DNA of 63,699 nucleotides, the filler included, from Olpidium bornovanus S191 (Eukaryota > Fungi > Olpidiomycota): the NCBI GenBank assembly GCA_017911155.1. It is 27 parts of 27 records of this genome, joined end to end, with 100 filler letters (N's around TTAATTAATTAA, not from the genome) between each part and the next. Parts side by side here need not be neighbours in the genome. Positions count along the whole stretch, not along the records: positions 48,304 to 50,557 come from JAEFCI010009428.1; positions 50,658 to 53,379 come from JAEFCI010001129.1; positions 53,480 to 55,012 come from JAEFCI010012111.1; positions 55,113 to 58,073 come from JAEFCI010001545.1; positions 58,174 to 60,459 come from JAEFCI010013080.1; positions 60,560 to 61,588 come from JAEFCI010003540.1; positions 61,689 to 63,699 come from JAEFCI010010995.1; 20 more parts are not named here. One strand, given 5' to 3'. Under the pieces are notes generated by a model. That model was not told the DNA's origin and made no database searches. It saw only the letters and a list, made by a program, of their open reading frames with translations. How positions within the stretch are numbered: the stretch's first letter is position 1; each line of letters starts with the position of its first letter. The translations under genes were made by a program, and so were the position numbers. Positions 48,204-63,699 of this stretch are shown here, in pieces.

Positions 48204-49285
48204 NNNNNNNNNNNNNNNNNNNNNNNNNNNNNNNNNNNNNNNNNNNNTTAATTAATTAANNNNNNNNNNNNNNNNNNNNNNNNNNNNNNNNNNNNNNNNN
48301 NNNAGTGGAAACGAAATGAGATTTTCTTGCGCGTTATGTGTTAAGTAATCTCTGCAGGCGTATCAGTGTCTGACTGTATGTGTCGGAGTCGAAACTGTCG
48401 CCATCCTGTAGCTGAGAAAGCATGGGGCTTTGGTTGTTGACGGCTGCACTCAAAGCTTCTAAATAATGCAGTTAGACTTGCCAATCTGAATGTGTCCCTG
48501 GGATCCAACCTGCTCTCGTTGCTGCCGCCGTAAGCCTCCCGATATGTTCCCTCAGTTTTTCCCACGCTGTGATTTTACGTCTGCTCGCAGGGCGTTAACG
48601 CTCGCCTCGGTCTGACTTCGGACGGAAGTAGGCAGGGCGCTTCAGTGTCACGTGTGAAGCATCAGAGGAAAACCGTCGTTCGGCAGAAATATTATGCAGC
48701 ATCATACATCCCGTTGCCACCCCCCCGTCCCTCCGACAAAGAGTTAAACTTTCAGCCGCTGCCCACCGATATCATCTGTCTACCTGCGGGATGACGGAGA
48801 AATCCCGGATTAACTTTTGCCTGAGACCACTGGTTGAGAGGTTCCAACGCCGCTGAGCTGTACGTGCCAAATACACGTCAATGCGATCCTCAGCGGCTCA
48901 AGAGGGGGGGGGGGGGCCTGCCAGTGGGCGAGAGGGAGCGAATGGCAGCGGCCACGGCGGCGGTTCCTACGTAGTTCCGGTTCCGGATGACGCCCGCCCC
49001 TCGGGCCGGCTCGGGAATCACGTGGCAGCAAAAACGACGGCAGCAGCGTTAACTTTTTTTTTTTTTTTTTTTCTTTTCTTTTTCGCCGCGCGCGGGAACA
49101 CGGCGCGACCTCGAGAAAAGAGAGAAAAAAGAAAAGAGAGCGCGCGAGAGAGAAAGGAGGGAAGCCCCGGAGAGAAACGCCGGAGACAGAGAGAGACAGA
49201 AAGGCAGAGGAGGCGGGGAGAGAGAAAGAAAAAACGGGAGAGAGAGCAGAGAGAGAGTGTGTGAAAGACAGACACAGTGAGAGAC

Positions 49286-50557
<1,272 letters not shown>

Positions 50558-50967
50558 NNNNNNNNNNNNNNNNNNNNNNNNNNNNNNNNNNNNNNNNNNN
50601 NTTAATTAATTAANNNNNNNNNNNNNNNNNNNNNNNNNNNNNNNNNNNNNNNNNNNNCATGGCCGCAAATTAGACCGAATACTTGGGAGTCCTTTGGCCG
50701 CTGCCACCGCGGAATACAAAGTCGTCCTCCTATTGTCCATCTTCTACTCGCAGCTCACGAGGTTTAAACAGCGCAAGGAGCAAAACGCCGGCCGGCAATG
50801 GACGCGACCGCTCTCTTCACGTCCAACTTAAAAATAACACACCCCGAGCGCCGTCATCGCCACCTGCAAAAGAAGTTGAATATCCCCCGGCATTTCTGTT
50901 GCCGACATTTCTGCTCCATTAATTTTTTCGTCGCTACTTGTTCGAGGTGTTTTAGACCGGCAAAAAG

Positions 50968-52919
50968 CTACAGTTTCTCAAACGTGGGCTTCCGCTTTTG
51001 CAACCCAGCCATAACAGCTTGCATCACGTCCTGCGAAGCCACGCCAAGTTGCGTTAAGGGCAGGAAAGTCGCCACACCGCACGGCACCTCGGGCTTCCGC
51101 CTAGTCGGATTCGTACCTCGCTTTGGAGCATCGCGGAGTTCTGGAATAAAGGAAAAGCGCATTGGCACACGGTAGTGGTGCGGACCCGGGTGGCGGTCAA
51201 GTTGAGACGGTACGGACTCACCCAAACGGCGACGTAGTCCAGACCGTCCGCAACGGAGTGGTCGCGGGAGTATTCGACGATCCGCTTGATGCCGGCAAGT
51301 GCAATAGGAGATTTCGCAGTCACTTCTTTTGCGAACTGGACAGCCCCCTCTGAGAAAACCGAGAAGAATAGGTAATGTTCGATCAGAGCCCGCCAGGCGT
51401 GCACAGCAACCGCGAAAGAAGTGAAAACAGCATACTCAGCATGTCCTCCTTCGTCTCGAAAATCTGCGAGATCAGCCCAAGCCGTACCGCCTCCTCCGAA
51501 CCAAATCTCCTTCCAGTGTACGCCAACTCCCGCAGGAGACTTTCGTTACCTGTCGCACGCGGCAAGCGCTGAAAGACGCCGATGTCTGCAACGATGCCTA
51601 TGTCCACCTGGGTTTCACGGAAATAATTTTTACTGTGGTTAGCTGAGGGGGGAAACACAGTTGACCGGTTGCCTAGTCAGCTGGAGAAGGGCTTCACCTC
51701 CTTCAAGCTGAACACGGCATCTTTCGTGCACCTATCATACTGGTAATCATGAGAAATGACGACATCTCAGCAGGTGCAATAAAACTCAACGGGGCCCGAC
51801 TTACCACCGTATGTCGCATGCAGCGATCATATCGACGCCTACAAAAGTTGGGAGACCACAGTTTAGACCAGACCCGCATAAAATTTTGCCTCCGAAGCCC
51901 GCAAAAAAGTGTAAAAACACGAAATTTGAAGGGAACTTCTCGCCTCCACCAATGCATCCTCCGTGGACAGCCGCTATTACAGGAACCCGACATTTCGCAA
52001 AAGCGTTAAAGGCGGCTTGAAAGCTCTAAGTTGGGATCACGACGTCTACTAGTTGACAACCGATTGGGCCAGCCCCGGGAATCAAGTGCAGATAATCTTG
52101 CCGTTCTTCCTTCCATACCTGCAGCTTTCCGCGGATTGCCAGCGCCGTGCGGCCGACATCCGTGCCCTCGACAAATCCCTTCGAGAATTCCGCCACTGAA
52201 CGGCACGCGCGCGGTTTTGCAAAAAAAGTTCCACCTCATATTCGTCCACAGTAGCGGCTCGCTATCGTTCTATCGCCCAACGAACCACACGTTTCTCCCG
52301 ATCACACTAGACTCACGGTCCAAACCGGCTGTGAAGTGTTTGCTGGAACCTCCGGACAGGATGACGACTCGCACGTTCGGGTCGCGTGAAGCCCGCTCTG
52401 CAACTAGGCGGCATTCCTCCCAGAACCTAACGAAAAAGCAAACGGCGTCAAACACAATTCACCGCCAACCGAGCGCCGAGCCGCTGTACCGTCAACTGCC
52501 ACTGGGCGAAGCGTTTCCCCAATTCAACGGAAGAGGGGGGGAAAAATTGGCACACCTTGAGTTCATGGCATTAAGCTGCTTGGGCCGATTGAGCTGGATT
52601 GACCAGGACACGCCGGAAGAAAAAGAACACAATAGGCGCGTGTTCAGCAAAATCAGCGCGTGGCACCGTGAGCAACCGTGAGGAAGTCCGCCGCGCTGGA
52701 GGGCGCCCTCCGGGTGGCGCGCCCCGCAGGCGCCCTGCGGGGCGAAACGGCGCGGAGCGGAGCTTCCCGAATGTCCAGGGCGATTGCACGAGGGGGTCGG
52801 ACCCCCTTCACCCCCACACACGCACAAGCACGCACCTCCAGGTGCAGCACGTCCTCATGTGGAAACGAGGCGCGGAACGTCTCGTAGCGCCAGCCTGCGG
52901 CGAGGGGGACTGGCGCCAT
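50968..52919 (-). CDS. ECH1: Delta(3,5)-Delta(2,4)-dienoyl-CoA isomerase (crotonase family, ECH1-like), apparently complete
   Basis: MAPVPLAAGWRYETFRASFPHEDVLHLE | LNRPKQLNAMNS | ..VRVVILSGGSSKHFTAGLD | ..VPVIAAVHGGCIGG | ..DAVFSLKE | VDIGIVADIGVFQRLPRATGNESLLRELAYTGRRF..EEAVRLGL | ..YSRDHSVADGLDYVAVW | NSAMLQSE | DVMQAVMAGLQKRKPTFEKL*. Confidence 0.9.
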
Positions 52920-53109
52920 TTCGCAGTGGAAGGGGAAGGGGATTGGGGAGGAAGAGGCAGTGCGCGCGTGTGGTCAGGCTGTGAGTTTCTTTTAAATTCG
53001 TTTGACAGGGCGGATTTTTTTTTTCTTCGTTTTCACACGGCGAGGTAACGGAGGCGATCACAGCTGGCAGAGGCGGGTCGTTTGCGGAGTTATTACTGTA
53101 AGCCACGGG

Positions 53110-53379
53110 GTTTGACATCCCATAACCATCAAAACCTCAAGATAATGTTCGTCGTGACGAGCGCCACAAGCAGTTCCAAAGGGCGCGTTTTGGAGCTAAT
53201 GGTTACATTGGCAACAACATAAGTATTTGCAAAAGCCTTGCCCTCATCGACAAATTCTAGGGACTTCCGCCAGTCGATGTGTGCTGGCCACCCTTCCTGC
53301 CTGACGTAATCCCGGGCGATTAACGCACTAGAGCAGCCAATGCCTTTGTGGCCGAAGATTTGTTGATGACACTGACATG
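53110..53379 (-). mobile_element. Degenerate Ty3/Gypsy aspartic-protease remnant
   Basis: IFGHKGIGCSSALIARDYVRQ...LEFVDEG...VTISSKTRPLELLVALVTTNIILRF*WLWDVKP resembles Gypsy PR (LIDSGxSxNFIDxxFV ... DxILGxPWL...P). The catalytic Asp is lost and there is an in-frame stop. Confidence 0.5.
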
Positions 53380-54240
53380 NNNNNNNNNNNNNNNNNNNNN
53401 NNNNNNNNNNNNNNNNNNNNNNNTTAATTAATTAANNNNNNNNNNNNNNNNNNNNNNNNNNNNNNNNNNNNNNNNNNNNCATGTATTCGGTTCCGAAAAG
53501 AGTAATAAAATTGTGCACACCGCTCGGAAGTGCGCAGTCTCCTTCGAGGCGTTTCGTGCGTCCCGTGAACGCCGTTGGGGGACGATATTTGACATGGTGA
53601 TGCACCGCGCTCGATCAGAGTTCTAACGGGTCATGTCGACGCCTCTACTTTGAAGGAGGTTGCGTTGAGGGACAGTGCCGTTTGTGCAAACACGATCCGC
53701 GCAGAAGAGGACGCGCAGGTTGTTTTGTGGGGGGAGGGGGGTGGGGGGGAGGAAGAAGGGGGGGTGGTGCTGCAGTTCCTCCGCTTCGCGCACGGCGGGC
53801 GGGACTTGGTTGCGGGACCGGCGTCCGTCGTCGCTGTAGGCTGGCCGCGCCGGGTGCGGTTCTCGCATTTCAAGCGGCAGTTTCCCTTCGTGCTCTCTCT
53901 TCTGCACCCTCTTTGGATTGCTCCAGCCCGTCTCGTCGGCCTCACCAGCGATCCCTGAGAAAGAATCGGGGGACCTTTAACAAAAAAACAAAAAGGAAAA
54001 AGGAAAAACCCGCCCAGCCGACCGTTCCCTTCTCCACCGGCCGCCGCGCGCTTTGTGAAACACGTCCACGACCTGCTGAGAGAGGACACCGGCGCACGCC
54101 CAGAAAACGTTTTTCGGAGGCGGGACGGGGTTACCTGAACACAACCTCGTGGATGATCGGGTCCTGGCATACCAAAAGCGTATGACCGCGTCGCGCTTCT
54201 CAACCTAGCCAGGCACAGTCGCGGGGAGCAAGCGTCGACG

Positions 54241-55012
54241 ATGGCACGTCGGTCACGAGAAAACGTTTTCTTGTTCAGTGCGTGTTGGCGTTGGAGACGT
54301 TGGCGGACGCGGCTGGTCTTTTGCGAGCGCCGCCCCGGACTGCGTTCCGCGTGCAGGTCTGACCAACCTGCCGTCGCAAACTTCACTCTTTTCGGCTCGA
54401 TGTACTGGCGCGAACGCCCCGCAGTTCCAAACCTAATTGGTACGTTTCCCGCTCGAAAGCCGAAGACTTACGGCCCCGCTAATTGGTGGCCAGGGCAGCA
54501 AACAACGCGCAGAAGTTTGCTCCCGGGCCTAACCACAGGGCGGCCCTGGCTCCGTGTGCCGAACGGGTTCTGGGCACTGTGCGAAGTGCTAAACGGTGCA
54601 TTCTTGGTCGGCGGCCCCGCCGGCGCAACAGGCTACGCAAGGGTGGTTCTTGCAGGCGTGGCACTGTACATGATGCCGAGCCAGCCGCTGCTCAGCATAG
54701 GCCTCTACTGCCTGTCTTGCATCCTCGACGCCGTTGACGGGCACGCGGCAAGATACTTCAAGCAATGTGAGTTTGTTCAGACTGAGCATCTTGTCCCTTC
54801 GGGCGGGAGCCCGGCTGTAGTGCTCGTGCTGAAATTTGATTCGGACTCTTGTCGAAAACAAAGCAAGCCGATTCGGGGCCGTACTCGACATGGTCACAGA
54901 TAGGTGCGGCACGACTTGTCTGTTGTGCTACCTGGCTAGCGTGTATCCGGATTGGGCGCTTCTCTTCCAATTCCTGATATCGCTGGACATCAGCAGCCAT
55001 TGGATACACATG
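54241..55012 (+). CDS. PIS1: Phosphatidylinositol synthase, 3' truncated
   Basis: MARRSRENVFLF|IPNLI|GYARVVLAGVALYMM...LDAVDGHAARYFKQ|..SRFGAVLDMVTDRCGTTCLL...LISLDISSHWIHM contains the CDP-alcohol phosphotransferase motif DxxDGxxARxxxxxSxxGxxLDxxxD. Confidence 0.96.
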
Positions 55013-55112
55013 NNNNNNNNNNNNNNNNNNNNNNNNNNNNNNNNNNNNNNNNNNNNTTAATTAATTAANNNNNNNNNNNNNNNNNNNNNNNNNNNNNNNN
55101 NNNNNNNNNNNN

Positions 55113-57957
<2,845 letters not shown>

Positions 57958-58213
57958 GACCGTCAAGCGCGGCCAGGGCTTCGGGGCGTCAGGAAACGAG
58001 AACTTCGAAGATTACGACGGAGACCCGCAGCCGCGCAGTAAGGGGAATTTTTTTTTCTTTATATCTTCTCTCCNNNNNNNNNNNNNNNNNNNNNNNNNNN
58101 NNNNNNNNNNNNNNNNNTTAATTAATTAANNNNNNNNNNNNNNNNNNNNNNNNNNNNNNNNNNNNNNNNNNNNCATGAAAGTCACACTGCCACTGGCAAA
58201 AACAAAAACTTAC

Positions 58214-59196
58214 TACAAACCGCAGCGGTTGCACAACAGCGACCCGTCGTCAGGACACCTCCGCCAAGCACTGGTCGTGGCAGTGGCACAGTTGGTGCAT
58301 ACCTTCACTACGACGTCGGCGGGCGACTTCCCTCCCTTCTCGCCGCTGTTAGTCCTGCCCGCCGACAAATTCGGCGGAGCACATTTTTTCTGCGGCGTGC
58401 TCTTTGCCTCCGGCGTGACTGGAAAATAGCCGTGATGCAAAGAAAGTGGGGCAGCGGGGGCGTATGCCTGACCAGCGCTCTGAAGCACGCTCTCCACTCT
58501 GAACAAGCAAAATAGAGTGGCTTCGTCCGTCAAATCTCCGCGGCTCGATGTCGTCGCGTCATTCGGCAGTGGCGATTGGCCCGACGTGTCGCGGTCGAAC
58601 GCTCTGTGACTCCGGAAATCGGGTGCGGGCGTATCTACCTTCCTGACCGTGATCTCGCTGCCTAAGCATCCTTGCCAGCTGTACTGCTCAAGTATTTCCC
58701 CCTTGGGTTTGATGTCAACTTCTGTGTACGCGCGAAGCCGAACTGCGTGCAGCGCGTTGGCAATAATAGAGGAGTACGAAGGGTGGGCCAGCAGCAGGGC
58801 AAGTTTGCCGTGGCCCGAGAGGTCGGGCAGTACGGCTTCAGGGCACGCCCGCTCGTGAGGATCCGCCACCGCCTCCAGCGCCAAAACTGGCACGAGGCTT
58901 GCAAGCCACGCGGAGACTCCGTCGTCATCGGTGCCTGGCGGGCAACCGGCAAGCAGACTACACAGAGCCGGAACACCCGTAGGCGGCGTGATCCGCCGAT
59001 CGCCGGCGCCTCCGTTCGGCGACACGATCAAAGACGGCGCAGGCGAAGGGAGACTACCTCCGTAGTACCGCTCCGCAAACGCGAGGGCAAGTAGGCTATC
59101 CGCAGCCTGGCTCTCAGCCGGAACGGAGCTGGGAGAAACCGGCGCGAAATGTTGCGCTCCGTGCAGAATCGGAGATGGCATCGAGTGACTTCGCAT
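58214..59196 (-). CDS. GATA-type zinc-finger transcription factor (CX2CX18CX2C), start uncertain, 3' truncated
   Basis: CTNCATATTSAWRRCPDDGSLLCNRCGL(Y), with a GTAAGT donor splitting the Tyr codon at 58214/58213. The 18-residue loop is typical of fungal type IVb GATA fingers. Confidence 0.86.
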
Positions 59197-60143
59197 GCTC
59201 CATAAAACTGGCCGAGGAGGGCGGTCGAGGGTCAGACAATTCGGACAACACACCAACACCTCGTGTCGGAGTTCCCCGCTGGTGCGCGTACTAACCTCTT
59301 TTGCCTTCGCCTGCGCCGTACTCCGTCGCTGCGAAAGAGCTCGGGTCCGACTCAAGGAACTGCTGTACGCGCTGTTCCAATAGATCCGTTCCCGGCACTT
59401 TGCGGGGATCAACAACGACGGTTCAGCTTCTCCTCCCAAACTACAAGGGGCCCGCAGATATGCCGTCAAGGAAAAGGCGCGCAATACCTTTGACGGTTGT
59501 GTGGACCAGGGGCCATAACTCGGCGGCGCGCGCTGCCAGCCGGTCCACTGCAAAATGCGGAGCGTGGTCTGCTTCCGGCATGCGGGAAAGGCGGGTGAAG
59601 GCCTCCACTACTAGATTCCTCCTGGGAGCAGAATGCGGGGTTGCGCGTAGTACGGGAGAGGCGGATTAGAACGTCTCCGACGCTGTGGCGTCCCCGCGCG
59701 GGAGTCTCTCTCGCGCTCCGCTGGGCAGAAGCTCCGCGCGCGCTCTCTCGTCGGGCTTCCCCGAGGCACAAATGCGAAGACGAGAAGGCTCGCACGTACC
59801 ACTCGAAGATTCGCAGGCCATCAACGGTAGATGGCGCGGCGTCCATGGGTCAGCGGAACGCGGTTTTTCGGGGGAAGGCGGCGGGCGGTGGCGCTTTTTT
59901 CACCCTTTCTTGGCCTCGGCCAGGCTTTTCACGCGGCGGGGCAGCGGCCGGCGCGGGGCACCGCCAAACGCCTCGGGCTCTCCGCTCGGCAGGCGCGCGC
60001 AAGCACTGCCGGGGCCGCTGCCCGGCGTTCCTCGCTGCGGCGCGCGCGTCCTCGCGCGGCCAGCACAGGCGGGGAAGCCCGGGGGGGTGAAAGTGCGCCT
60101 GCGGCGGAGCGGGCGAGAGACTGGAGGCGGCGAACGGGCACCC

Positions 60144-60176
<33 letters not shown>

Positions 60177-61688
60177 GAGGACACAACTCCTGAGGAGGTG
60201 CGCATTCGGGGGACCATCGCTCGCCCCGCCATTGTTTTCTGGCGTTTCCGGTTTTTGGACTGGGGTTTCTTGAAGATCCCTCAGAAAGGAATGCTCAGCG
60301 TGAGGACCAAATCTACTGCTGCTGCTTTGAACACTTCGCGGGCTTGGCATTGTGTCATCCGTTACATTATGTTACACTTGGCGCGATTGTGTCGGCTGCG
60401 CGCGCCGGCTGAGGCGCTGGAGCGCCCACAACGCGAACAACGGTCCCACGCACCAGAAANNNNNNNNNNNNNNNNNNNNNNNNNNNNNNNNNNNNNNNNN
60501 NNNTTAATTAATTAANNNNNNNNNNNNNNNNNNNNNNNNNNNNNNNNNNNNNNNNNNNNCATGGACGCAAAGAAGACCCCGGAAAACCGCCGAGGCTCCC
60601 GGCGCTTTTCGCCGCGTTCAGGCCGGCGCTTTGATAATGCGACCATTTTGTTTTTGTGACGCGGGAAAGAATAAAGACGCCGCGGGGGACAAAATAAACG
60701 ATCGCGAAAGGGGCACGGCGTAATTTGTGACCAAAACGAAATTCGGGTTTTTTCGCCCCCGTTTCTTCTGGCTATCGACTGTACTCGGTCCAGGCATTTT
60801 CCGGCTTTTTTTTTGTACCCCGGACGAGTTTACTACCCAATTCCGTTTGGCACTCATTATACGAGGTTCTTTATTTTAAAACCTTCGCAAACGGGTTTTT
60901 TACTTCGGAGAATTATGTCATTTTGCTCCAAAATCCCCGGATTGCACCGGACACACCACCTCCCGGCGCGCCTCTTTTTCCTGGGGAGCGTTCGGGGGGT
61001 TATTTTTTAACGCGCAAACCAGTCAAAAGAATCTCGGGTAGTATCGAGCTCCTTTTGTCCATCTCGGGGGCAGAAGGCGGCCTCTCGCTCTACAATCGTG
61101 AAAGTTTCTTCCCTGCCCGGCCGCGGCTGTGTAACGTTGAGGCATCCCGCAGGCGACCGGCTGTCCAAGTGTGCTCCCATTGCACGGGACCGGAGACAAC
61201 CCGAAAGCGTATGGCGCGCCGCTGCAACGGCGCGTTCGGTGAACTTATTATTATTTTTTTGCGTTTCTGATCCGGTTTTCGCTTTTGGCGCGATGCTCTC
61301 GCCCCGACTTCCTTTCCTCAGCCTGGTGATACCACACTAACGGATGCTGCGGCCCGATTTCAAATTTCAGACAGCCACGAATGATGGAATTGTTCCGCCG
61401 TTAGAGATGTACGACGGATTCCGCAAGATTGGGTTTAACATGCTCTTTGGCATCCTAGGCGTCTCCAATCATGTTTTTCGGCTTTTCATACTTCTCGCAG
61501 ACAGGCCAGGAGCGGCCGGGCTTTCCTATGTTTTTAGCGGCGAACATATAGTCTAATTCTTACACTCCATCCCTCGTCGCGTGCCCTCNNNNNNNNNNNN
61601 NNNNNNNNNNNNNNNNNNNNNNNNNNNNNNNNTTAATTAATTAANNNNNNNNNNNNNNNNNNNNNNNNNNNNNNNNNNNNNNNNNNNN

Positions 61689-63699
61689 CTTCATGGCGAG
61701 CTGCCTGTCCAGCAACTCAAGGTTGCGCTTCTGTGCGACCTTTTCGCGCTCACTGATAGCCGCGGCTGTAACGGGTAAACCAGGACTGGTTTCCGCGGCG
61801 GAAAGGGGCGGGCTCTCGACGCCAGTTACGGCCTTGCGAATCTTCGAAATGTCCGCCTCCCGAACGTTCAACGTTTTGAGTAGGCGGCGGGACATATCTG
61901 GAAAGCTATCATCGTCCATACGCTCGGCAATGAAAGTCGTCGAGTACCGTAGGGCCGCGTCGGCATCCACGCCGGCCACGTTGTTGAGCCAGTCGAACCA
62001 GTCGAAGTTCCTGTTTACCTCACGTTTGCGTCGGTCCGCAGCGGCTGTCGAAGGCGATATGGCAACAGATGATGCCGGTTCGCGGTAAGGAGCAGACGCA
62101 GCGGCAACACCCGCTGTGTCTTTCTGAGACTCCAAAGGCGCTCTTCGAGGAAGCGATGGAGGAGCGACTTGCGGGGCAACCGAAAAAGACACTGTTGGCT
62201 TTAATGGCACGGCGTCGGCACTGCTCGCTTGAAATGGCGCGGGGGCCGGAGGCGGGACAGCTGTGGGCGGTGCTGCATCCCTTTCCGGCGCGCTATGCCT
62301 TTTCCCAGTCTTATTCTCAATGAACGCAATGTCCTCTTTGCTCATTTTCTCAACTGGAACCAAGATTTTCACCCCGTTCAACTTATGGAGGTGGACTTTC
62401 CGGTCGACAACGCCAAGGAAGGCGGCCTCCACCCTGAAGCTGCCCGTTTTGTCAGTCCACGTCCGTGTATCCTTCGGCAATGGTTCTGCGATCAATCGAC
62501 ATGATGGTCAGTCCGGCTCGCAATAGGGCTGGTGCGGGTTGGAACCGTCCGCCGCTTACTTGAATCGGAGTTAGCTTTCTGCGGCCGGTCGGGTTGGGTT
62601 TTGAATCCTGCAGCTGGCTTCCGTACGGTGGCGCTGTCCACCGTCGGCCGGGAAGGAGGAAGGGCCGGTGGTACTGGTGCCTTGCGGACTGGAACAATAA
62701 ACGCGTCAGCGGCAACCCCAGACAACCACATCAACACTTTGTCCATTGACACGTACCTGTTTGGGTTGGCGGCTCAGCACGCTGGCCAAATTGCACAACC
62801 TCAGCGTCTCGGAATCTGGTCAAACCTTAACAGAGCCAACGATCCGACAGGGCGCACCTTATGTGGCTTGACAGCGGGCACGGCGACTGACTCGTTTGCC
62901 GCCCTGCTGTTTTTGGTTTCCTCCTTGGCCTTCTTTGCCGCCGCTTCCTCATCCTCTTTCTGCCGCTGCGCTTGACGCTGCCGTTCCGTCTCACGCTTCC
63001 GATTCTCTTCCTCACGTCGCATTTGTTCCCTCTCCTCTGCCTGCCGCTGAAGTTCCAACCTGCTCTGCTCCTCTGCTTCGGCTCTCACCCGTTCCTCCTC
63101 TTCCACGCGAAGTCGCTCTGCTTCCTGCTGTCGGTGCCGAAGTTCCGCCTCTGCGTCTGCTGCCCCATCAGATGAGCCAGCCACTCCACCGCCCGCGAGC
63201 TGTGACGCAGGACAGTGGGCACGAAGTAAGTGATGATCTTCTACACAGCGAGACGCTCACAAAACAAAAAATGAGAAAAAATTCTCTTACCTCGAGGTAG
63301 GTAGCTGGAACGACTCCCTCCTCCCCTGTTTCCACCAACCGGCATTTCCACCACTCCGTTTCGCTATCGTCGATAACGACTACGAGGTCGTTCTCGTGCA
63401 CTCGGAGCTCATCGTCGTTCTGAGCGTCGAAATCGTACAGTGCCGTAGCGAACTTTTCCGGTTCTTGCTGCTGCGGCGGCGAAAACTCGGCGGCCTTTGC
63501 GGCGCTTTTTCTCATCGCCGCCGGCGAGGGCCTGGCAAGCGGCGGTGGCGCGGCCGCGGGAGCTTGCGCCGGTTCGGCGGCTGGTTCAGGCCTTGCTAAT
63601 GGGGCCGGTGGAACTGCCGGTGACAAGGTGTTGTTTGCTGGGCCGGACACAGAGCGGGCTCTGGCGGTGATGGCTGTGCCCTGTTTACGGGAAACATGA
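61689..63699 (-). CDS. SLA1: Endocytic adaptor Sla1 (SH3, SHD1, SHD2/SAM-like), internal fragment
   Basis: SH3 ATALYDFDAQNDDELRVHENDLVVVIDDSETEWWKCRL...GVVPATYLE; charged coiled coil; SHD1 RTWTDKTGSFRVEAAFLGVVDRKVHLHKLNGVKILVPVEKMSKEDIAFIE; SHD2-like FDWFDWLNNVAGVD...ERMDD...LKTLNVREADISKI. Confidence 0.9.

Noticed and set aside
53623-54200. Possible gene divergent from PIS1 (also candidate exons at 4064-4500, 11640-11830, 48340-48570 and 60560-61588)
   Set aside because: Splice-like signals are present, but I could not build a phase-consistent model or recognise a family.

Overview
This is an intron-rich, GC-rich eukaryotic draft assembly, fungal by its gene set (Sla1 with SHD1, Rvs167, Snf1, HSF, CX2CX18CX2C GATA, squalene epoxidase). 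An early-diverging fungus such as Olpidium is my unverified guess. The window is not one locus: it is 27 short contigs (about 1-4.3 kb) joined by 26 artificial 100-bp linkers (44 N + TTAATTAATTAA + 44 N), so adjacency across a linker means nothing and most genes are truncated. Recognisable, mostly partial, spliced genes: CBF5, EAF6-like, MAK5/DDX24, MIC60, an EngB-type GTPase, an alkaline-ceramidase-like CREST protein, FAH, HSF1, RPAIN-like, ERG1, RVS167, SNF1, ECH1, PIS1, an F-box/LRR protein, a GATA factor and SLA1. There is also an intronless F-box+ankyrin gene and an intronless small secreted Cys-rich protein. LTR-retrotransposon debris is abundant: several Ty1/copia remnants, a Gypsy protease remnant, an intact pol-less gag ORF, and a short-LTR element abutting a copia RT. 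I found no rRNA, complete tRNA or CRISPR array, and I cannot support a complete new multi-gene system. The best leads are the orphan secreted protein, the F-box-ankyrin gene, the orphan gag beside ERG1, LEA-like 11-mers in Mic60, an in-frame exon duplication in MAK5, a ceramidase with a degenerate Ca2+ motif, GC-AG introns, and strong CATG enrichment at contig ends. All homology calls come from manual motif recognition; no searches were run.
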